Virus record (IMG/VR): IMGVR_UViG_2734482555_000008
DNA from: a virus
Lineage: Duplodnaviria > Heunggongvirae > Uroviricota > Caudoviricetes
DNA length: 4,577 nt
Direction: 5' to 3' (one strand)
The translations under genes were made by a program, and so were the position numbers. Positions within the stretch are counted from its first letter, which is position 1. The number at the start of each line of letters is the position of its first letter. The notes beneath the pieces were generated by a model that worked only from the letters and a program-made list of their open reading frames with translations, did no database searches and was not told the DNA's origin. Below are positions 1 to 4,577 of the stretch, piece by piece.

Positions 1-161
1 GCTTTGAACTCTTTAGAGTAACGTTGGGTTTTTCTGCTCATTATTAGCTCCTTCTGATGCCATTCTATTTCAGGAAGGAGTGTCCGTTAAACTCAGGCTA
101 CCTCAGGTTATTCGCTTCTGGGCATGGGCGGATCAACAAATGATAGACGGTAATGCAGATT

Positions 162-180
162 GTAACGCTCGCGGCGTTAC
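162..180. repeat. Inverted repeat GTAACGC-N5-GCGTTAC
   Basis: GTAACGC at 162..168 and GCGTTAC at 174..180, read directly. Lies inside the N-terminal coding part of the O-like gene. Confidence 0.6.
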
Positions 181-370
181 AAAAAGTGCAATAGATCGCA
201 TCACTTTTATGTCTGGTTTTGCTGATGCGTTAATTCAGGTTGGATGGCTGGTCGAAAATGACGGAGGGCTTTCTCTACCTAACTTTGAACGTCATAACGG
301 AAAAAGCTCTAAAAAAAACGGGCGGTTACAAACGAGCGAGTAACAAAAATACGCGAACTGAAACGAAAAG

Positions 371-389
371 GTAACGCTGCCAGCGTTAC
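371..389. repeat. Near-perfect palindrome GTAACGCTG-C-CAGCGTTAC
   Basis: 9 bp arms at 371..379 and 381..389, read directly. The same heptamer core recurs at 406..412 (GCGTTAC) and 18..23 (GTAACG), with degenerate copies at 323..329 and 338..344. Confidence 0.6.
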
Positions 390-414
390 ACAAACGGATC
401 AAAAAGCGTTACCA

Positions 415-432
415 GAGGAAGAGGAAGAGGAA
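415..432 (+). repeat. Tandem hexamer (GAGGAA)x3 encoding an acidic tract
   Basis: Three perfect GAGGAA copies at 415..432. Encodes the EEEEEE run in the linker of the O-like gene. Confidence 0.8.
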
Positions 433-788
433 GATCTAAATACTGATCTCCCCCTCGCCAAAAACGAGCGTCTAAAAAATTCGAGCCGGAGGCTATTGAG
501 CTGCCCGATTGGTTGCCGGAAACACTCTGGCATGAGTGGGTCCGGTTCAGACAGGCATTGCGAAAACCGATTCGAACGGAGCAGGGCGCTAACGGGGCGA
601 TACGGGAACTGGAAAAATTCCGTCAGCAGGGTTTTACACCTGAGCAGGTGATTCGACACAGCATCGCCAATGAATACCAGGGCCTGTTCGCGCCGAAAGG
701 TGTTCGGCCTGAGACGTTGCTCCGACAGGTTAACACCGTCTCGTTGCCGGACAGTGCGATCCCGCCAGGCTTCAGGGGGTAACGGACC

Positions 789-1574
789 ATGAAAAATATT
801 GCGACAGGCGGCGTTCTGGAACGCATCCGCCGACTGACCCCGCCACATGTAACCGCCCCATTCAGAACGGTAGCGGAGTGGCGCGAGTGGCAACTTGCTG
901 AAGGCCAGAAACGTAGCGAGGAGATCAACCGCCTGAATCGCCAGTTGCGGGTGGAAAAAATTCTGAATCGCTCAGGCATCCAGCCGTTGCACCGTAAATG
1001 CTCGTTTGCGAATTACCAGGTGCAGAACGACGGCCAGCGATACGCGTTAAGCCAGGCGAAATCCATCGCCGATGAACTGATGACCGGGTGTACAAATTTT
1101 GCGTTCAGCGGAAAACCTGGTACCGGGAAGAATCACTTAGCGGCAGCTATCGGGAATCGCCTGCTGAAAGACGGTCAGACAGTGATTGTGGTTACCGTGG
1201 CTGATGTTATGAGCGCCNNNNNNNNNNNNNNNNNNNNNNNNNNNNNNNNNNNNNNNNNNNNNNNNNNNNNNNNNNNNNNNNNNNNNNNNNNNNNNNNNNN
1301 NNNNNNNNNNNNNNNNNNNNNNNNNNNNNNNNNNNNNNNNNNNNNNNNNNNNNNNNNNNNNNNNNNNNNNNNNNNNNNNNNNNNNNNNNNNNNNNNNNNN
1401 NNNNNNNNNNNNNNNNNNNNNNNNNNNNNNNNNNNNNNNNNNNNNNNNNNNNNNNNNNNNNNNNNNNNNNNNNNNNNNNNNNNNNNNNNNNNNNNNNNNN
1501 NNNNNNNNNNNNNNNNNNAGTTTCAGGAGGATTTATGGCGAAACCTTTTACTCCCGAACAGCGGGAAGAACTGA
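789..1574 (+). CDS. DnaC/P-like replicative helicase loader (AAA+ ATPase), prophage replication protein
   Basis: ATG at 789 with AGGGGG about 10 nt upstream. The visible 143 aa include Walker A FSGKPGTGKNHLAAAIG and the DnaC-like N-terminal region (NRSGI..CSF.NY). The middle and C-terminus are hidden by N-block 1218..1518. The end at 1574 is only the first stop in frame if the N-block length is exact, and it would overlap the next gene by 40 nt, so the 3' end is uncertain. Confidence 0.85.
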   Translation: MKNIATGGVLERIRRLTPPHVTAPFRTVAEWREWQLAEGQKRSEEINRLNRQLRVEKILNRSGIQPLHRKCSFANYQVQNDGQRYALSQAKSIADELMTGCTNFAFSGKPGTGKNHLAAAIGNRLLKDGQTVIVVTVADVMSAXXXXXXXXXXXXXXXXXXXXXXXXXXXXXXXXXXXXXXXXXXXXXXXXXXXXXXXXXXXXXXXXXXXXXXXXXXXXXXXXXXXXXXXXXXXXXXXXXXXXXFQEDLWRNLLLPNSGKN

Positions 1575-1957
1575 AGACGCGAATTGTGGAACTCGTGCAT
1601 CAGGACGGTCGGGTCACGATTCGGCAGTTGTCAGATGAAACAGGTATCAGTCGTGCGTCTGTCGGTCGCTTATGCATAGAACTGGTCGCAAGTGGTGATG
1701 TATATAATTCTGGCTACGGCTTATTCCCGTCTGAACAGGCTCGCAAGGACTGGCAAAGCGCCCGCAAAAAACTCTCGAGAGTAAAGGTGAGGAAACCGGT
1801 TGTTGTTGATCCGGACCTTATCTGGTCATTACCTGACGGAGAAATACGCCGCTACGACAGGCGCCTGAATATAATCTGTCGCGAGTGCCGGAAGAGCGAA
1901 GCTATGCAGCGTGTACTGGCTTTCTATCAGGGTAATTTTCAGGAGGCGATACTGTGA
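1535..1957 (+). CDS. Hypothetical prophage protein with N-terminal winged-helix/HTH-like segment
   Basis: ATG at 1535 preceded by AGGAGG (1525..1530). The 140 aa ORF has even, protein-like composition. The segment RVTIRQLSDETGISRASVGRLCIELVASG resembles a winged-helix DNA-binding motif. Stop TGA 1955..1957 directly abuts the next ATG. Confidence 0.7.
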   Translation: MAKPFTPEQREELKTRIVELVHQDGRVTIRQLSDETGISRASVGRLCIELVASGDVYNSGYGLFPSEQARKDWQSARKKLSRVKVRKPVVVDPDLIWSLPDGEIRRYDRRLNIICRECRKSEAMQRVLAFYQGNFQEAIL

Positions 1958-2014
1958 ATGAAATTAGCTATCAGGCTTCAATTACCGCTGGCATTCGCAT
2001 CAAAGGAGAGGAGC

Positions 2015-2371
2015 ATGGAAATAAAACCAGAAGATGAGTTAAGCAATATCGTTTTATTTCCGGTAAAAGAGGATGACCCTCGTAATCAGGTTAATTTTCT
2101 TTATGAGCCATCGGAAAGACCATATTGCCATCACGCCTCTGTACGGGTTGACGAAAAAGAGCGTCAGGTCCGCTGTAAAATCTGCGGTGCGGTTGTGGAG
2201 CCGTTTGACTGGATGCTCTCTGTGGCAAAAAGAGAAACCAGACTGGCAGATGATGTAAGGCTATTGCGCCAGGAGGAACAGGAAAGGCGGAGAAATATAG
2301 AAAAGCTGATACAGATTGAGCGTAACGCGAAAGCGCGGATACGCAGGGCGACAAAATCCAGAACTGAATAA
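2015..2371 (+). CDS. Hypothetical zinc-ribbon protein with basic coiled-coil C-terminus
   Basis: ATG at 2015 preceded by strong SD AAAGGAGAGGAG (2002..2013). An alternative start is ATG 1958 (TGA-ATG junction with the previous gene, AGGAGG 1941..1946 at 11 nt spacing). Contains C-H-H ... C-x-x-C (PYCHHASVRVDEKERQVRCKIC), followed by a highly charged helical tail. Stop TAA 2369..2371. Confidence 0.65.
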   Translation: MEIKPEDELSNIVLFPVKEDDPRNQVNFLYEPSERPYCHHASVRVDEKERQVRCKICGAVVEPFDWMLSVAKRETRLADDVRLLRQEEQERRRNIEKLIQIERNAKARIRRATKSRTE

Positions 2372-2518
2372 TTAAATTTAGCACTGTTAAAAATTTAATC
2401 CTTAACCGGAGGGATTTCTGCACCCTCAAATCATCAGGAGACCACCCGAAAGGGCGGGGAGCAGTCACACATCTGTTTCCGATAGCCCCGTTCTAATGCT
2501 ACACTCTTTGATATTTTT

Positions 2519-3205
2519 ATGACCCCAATAAACATATTTATGACAGTTGCTGATTTCAAACGGCCCAAATTGGAGCTCCCAAACGGGGCAAACAAACTAC
2601 TACTGCACTCTTGCTGTGCTCCATGTTCCGGTGAGGTGATGGAGGCGCTTCAGGCCTCGGGAATCGACTACACCATCTTTTTCTACAACCCGAACATTCA
2701 TCCTCAGAAAGAGTATTTAATTCGTAAGGATGAGAATATTCGCTTTGCTGAACAACACGGCGTGCCGTTTATTGATGCTGATTACGACACAGACAACTGG
2801 TTTGAACGAGCCAAAGGAATGGAATGGGAGCCCGAACGAGGGATCCGTTGCACCATGTGTTTTGACATGCGTTTTGAGCGGACAGCGCTGTACGCCGCTG
2901 AAAATGGTTTCAGTGTGATCAGCAGTTCACTGGGCATTTCACGCTGGAAAAATATGCAGCAGGTTAACGACTGTGGGCGGCGAGCCGTCGCGCATTATCC
3001 GGGCATGGTGTACTGGGATTATAACTGGCGCAAGCAGGGCGGCTCGTCCCGTATGATTGAAATCAGCAAGCGCGAAAAATTCTATCAGCAGGAATATTGT
3101 GGCTGTGTGTATTCTCTGCGCGATACCAATCTACACCGCAAATCTCAGGGACGCCCTCTTATCAAAATTGGTCAACTCCACTACGGTAAAGAAGAGAAGG
3201 AGTGA
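2519..3205 (+). CDS. queH: QueH-like protein (DUF208 family, epoxyqueuosine reductase-like Fe-S enzyme)
   Basis: The 228 aa ORF carries the family-typical HSCCAPCS motif (codons from 2606) plus further conserved-looking Cys motifs CTMC and CGC. There is no recognisable Shine-Dalgarno before ATG 2519 or the in-frame ATG 2540, so the start is uncertain and may be leaderless or downstream. A weak promoter-like TTCCGA-N17-TACACT lies at 2477..2505. Stop TGA 3203..3205. Confidence 0.8.
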   Translation: MTPINIFMTVADFKRPKLELPNGANKLLLHSCCAPCSGEVMEALQASGIDYTIFFYNPNIHPQKEYLIRKDENIRFAEQHGVPFIDADYDTDNWFERAKGMEWEPERGIRCTMCFDMRFERTALYAAENGFSVISSSLGISRWKNMQQVNDCGRRAVAHYPGMVYWDYNWRKQGGSSRMIEISKREKFYQQEYCGCVYSLRDTNLHRKSQGRPLIKIGQLHYGKEEKE

Positions 3206-3226
3206 TTTTATGGGGCACCTTTCTGA

Positions 3227-3256
3227 TTGATTTCATATTGGCGAGGTAAGTAGAAT
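3227..3256 (+). promoter_or_regulatory. Putative sigma70 promoter (TTGATT-N18-TAGAAT) firing into the masked block
   Basis: -35 TTGATT at 3227..3232, 18 nt spacer, -10 TAGAAT at 3251..3256. Same hexamers as the promoter at 3764..3791. Hexamer match only, no experimental support. Confidence 0.35.
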
Positions 3257-3700
3257 GACTGCGGGTGCTTGAGGCTATCTGCTTCAGGCATGAACACCAA
3301 AAGGCAGATAGAGAAAAGCCCCAGTTAACATTACGCGTCCGGCAAGACGCTTNNNNNNNNNNNNNNNNNNNNNNNNNNNNNNNNNNNNNNNNNNNNNNNN
3401 NNNNNNNNNNNNNNNNNNNNNNNNNNNNNNNNNNNNNNNNNNNNNNNNNNNNNNNNNNNNNNNNNNNNNNNNNNNNNNNNNNNNNNNNNNNNNNNNNNNN
3501 NNNNNNNNNNNNNNNNNNNNNNNNNNNNNNNNNNNNNNNNNNNNNNNNNNNNNNNNNNNNNNNNNNNNNNNNNNNNNNNNNNNNNNNNNNNNNNNNNNNN
3601 NNNNNNNNNNNNNNNNNNNNNNNNNNNNNNNNNNNNNNNNNNNNNNNNNNNNNNNNNNNNNNNNNNNNNNNNNNNNCATCCTCAACGCACCCGCACTTAA

Positions 3701-3750
3701 CCCGCCCATCGCTGTGATCTCTCAGCGTTTCGGCGGGTTTTTTGTTGTTT
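3701..3750 (+). terminator. Rho-independent terminator
   Basis: Stem CCCGCC (3701..3706) pairs with GGCGGG (3732..3737). Inner stem CGCTG (3710..3714) pairs with CAGCG (3723..3727) around an 8 nt loop. T6 follows at 3738..3743, then a T-rich tail. An in-frame TAA at 3698..3700 sits immediately upstream. Confidence 0.55.
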
Positions 3751-3763
3751 ATTTCCGGTGAAT

Positions 3764-3791
3764 TTGATTCGCGCACCTTCGCAGATAGAAT
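3764..3791 (+). promoter_or_regulatory. Putative sigma70 promoter for the downstream small-gene pair
   Basis: -35 TTGATT at 3764..3769, 16 nt spacer, -10 TAGAAT at 3786..3791. Lies directly after the terminator and about 80 nt upstream of ATG 3873. Confidence 0.4.
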
Positions 3792-3872
3792 CGACTCACT
3801 TAAGTAGCGCGCAGGGAGAAGAGGGATGGACCCCGAACAGGGGAGAGCTATTTATCTGGAAGGATTCTGAAG

Positions 3873-4160
3873 ATGAAAATCGAAGAATTGCGTGAAATTT
3901 TTAGTGAAAATGGCCTCTATGCTGTGCGCGTTGAGAATGGAGCGATTGTCAGCCATTGCCGCATTAGATGTTTGCAATCTCAACAAAGGAAGAGCGGTGC
4001 TGTGTTATTTTATTTTTGTAATGGACTTCTGACGGACGGTTTTATTTTGCGTGAGGACGAATTTGTCACATCATTACGGGTTTTGAAAGAGATTGGTTTT
4101 AAGGCTGGTTTTCTGCTTTTGCTGAAGAATAAACTCATCTACAATCTTGAGCAGGATTGA
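3873..4160 (+). CDS. Hypothetical small prophage protein (95 aa)
   Basis: ATG at 3873 with SD GGAAGGA (3858..3864) at 8 nt spacing. Protein-like composition. Stop TGA 4158..4160. Confidence 0.65.
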   Translation: MKIEELREIFSENGLYAVRVENGAIVSHCRIRCLQSQQRKSGAVLFYFCNGLLTDGFILREDEFVTSLRVLKEIGFKAGFLLLLKNKLIYNLEQD

Positions 4161-4198
4161 ACTCCTGCTGTGTAACACCGTGCCACCGGAGAAAGCCG

Positions 4199-4552
4199 AT
4201 GGCACATATACAACTGGTCAAACAAACCTCTTCCGGATTACTTCTCCCGGCGACGCCGGAGAGTTGCGATTTTCTGCATCAAATCAAAATAGGTGAGTGG
4301 ATACACGCAGACTTTAAGCGTGTGTGTAACTACGCATTCCACAAGCGTTTTTTCAAACTCCTGCAACTGGGTTTCGATTACTGGACTCCGGTCGGTGGGG
4401 CGATCACGCCTCGCGAACGAAAACTGGTGTCCGGTTTCGTTGATTACCTGTGTGAATCAGTAGGCCGGGAACATACGCCAGCTCTGAGCGAAGCCGCAGA
4501 GCAATTGAGGTGTACTGGCAATAGCGGACACTACCATTTGTTCTTTTTTTAA
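4199..4552 (+). CDS. Hypothetical prophage protein (117 aa from ATG 4199)
   Basis: ATG at 4199 with GGAG (4188..4191) at 7 nt spacing. The ORF track's TTG 4157 start would overlap the upstream gene and lacks an SD. Stop TAA 4550..4552. Confidence 0.65.
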   Translation: MAHIQLVKQTSSGLLLPATPESCDFLHQIKIGEWIHADFKRVCNYAFHKRFFKLLQLGFDYWTPVGGAITPRERKLVSGFVDYLCESVGREHTPALSEAAEQLRCTGNSGHYHLFFF

Positions 4553-4577
4553 GCAGCCATCTGATGATATTTTTCCC

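Larger units (their letters stand above)
80..782 (+). pseudogene. Prophage replication initiator / replisome-organiser gene (lambda O-like), reading frame broken twice as sequenced
   Basis: GTG start at 80 is the first canonical start after the in-frame stop at 14..16, preceded by AGGAAGGA (72..79). The ORF 80..343 (87 aa) is protein-like. Translation continues protein-like in the -1 frame (313..648) and then in the next -1 frame (447..782, ending TAA 780..782 just before the DnaC-like start). Both frame changes fall on A-runs (A8 at 311..318, A6 at 474..479). Position immediately upstream of a DnaC-like loader matches lambda O-P gene order. The O-like assignment is from context and domain feel, not a search. 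Confidence 0.5.

Noticed and set aside
1-79. Promoter or end of an upstream gene in the first 79 nt
   Set aside because: All three frames hit stops within the first 47 nt and there is no convincing -35/-10 pair, so there is too little sequence to support any feature.
399-979. Minus-strand ORFs 399..893 (164 aa) and 623..979 (118 aa)
   Set aside because: They lie antisense to the protein-like + strand initiator and loader coding sequence, with no SD and low-complexity Arg/Ser-rich translations typical of shadow ORFs.
2371-2427. AT-only inverted repeat (ATTAAATTT 2371..2379 pairing with AAATTTAAT 2391..2399) and short GAGGG/CCCTC hairpin (2409..2427) considered as terminator of the upstream operon
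   Set aside because: No GC-rich stem followed by a T-tract. The AT palindrome could be a protein-binding site, but I cannot support a specific call.
2091-2468. Minus-strand ORF of 125 aa
   Set aside because: Antisense shadow of the zinc-ribbon gene, with no ribosome-binding site. The + strand gene has a strong SD and coherent motifs.
2073-2918. Small + strand ORFs 2073..2258 and 2730..2918
   Set aside because: Out-of-frame ORFs embedded inside the better-supported zinc-ribbon and QueH-like genes, with no independent start signals.
3290-3328. 12-codon ORF MNTKRQIEKSPS
   Set aside because: Lies in the loop and 3' arm of the 3275..3311 hairpin, with no convincing SD. Not callable without the masked downstream sequence.
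3162-3776. ORFs 3162..3776 (-), 3265..3717 (+) and 3284..3709 (-) spanning the N-block
   Set aside because: Their translations are almost entirely X. They stay open only because Ns contain no stops, so they are masking artefacts.
4157-4198. TTG 4157 as start of the last gene (ORF-track start)
   Set aside because: It would overlap the stop of the upstream gene and lacks an SD. ATG 4199 with GGAG at 7 nt spacing is the better start.

Overview
The window reads as part of a lambdoid (Rac-like) enterobacterial prophage, with every credible gene on the + strand. It opens with a replication module: an O-like initiator gene (80..782) whose reading frame is broken twice at A-homopolymers and which carries palindromic GTAACGC sites, followed by a DnaC/P-like helicase loader (789..~1574) with a clear Walker A motif. 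Downstream is a nin-like accessory stretch: a winged-helix protein, a zinc-ribbon/coiled-coil protein, a QueH/DUF208-like Fe-S enzyme gene set apart by intergenic gaps, and two small proteins of unknown function. Two N-masked blocks (1218..1518 and 3353..3676) limit the analysis. The second lies inside a unit bounded by a sigma70-like promoter and a stop codon plus intrinsic terminator, whose content cannot be read. No tRNA, rRNA, CRISPR array or IS element was seen. The best candidates for something undescribed are the isolated QueH-like gene, the masked promoter-to-terminator unit beside it, and the tightly coupled winged-helix/zinc-ribbon gene pair. All functional calls rest on motif recognition by eye, not on database searches.
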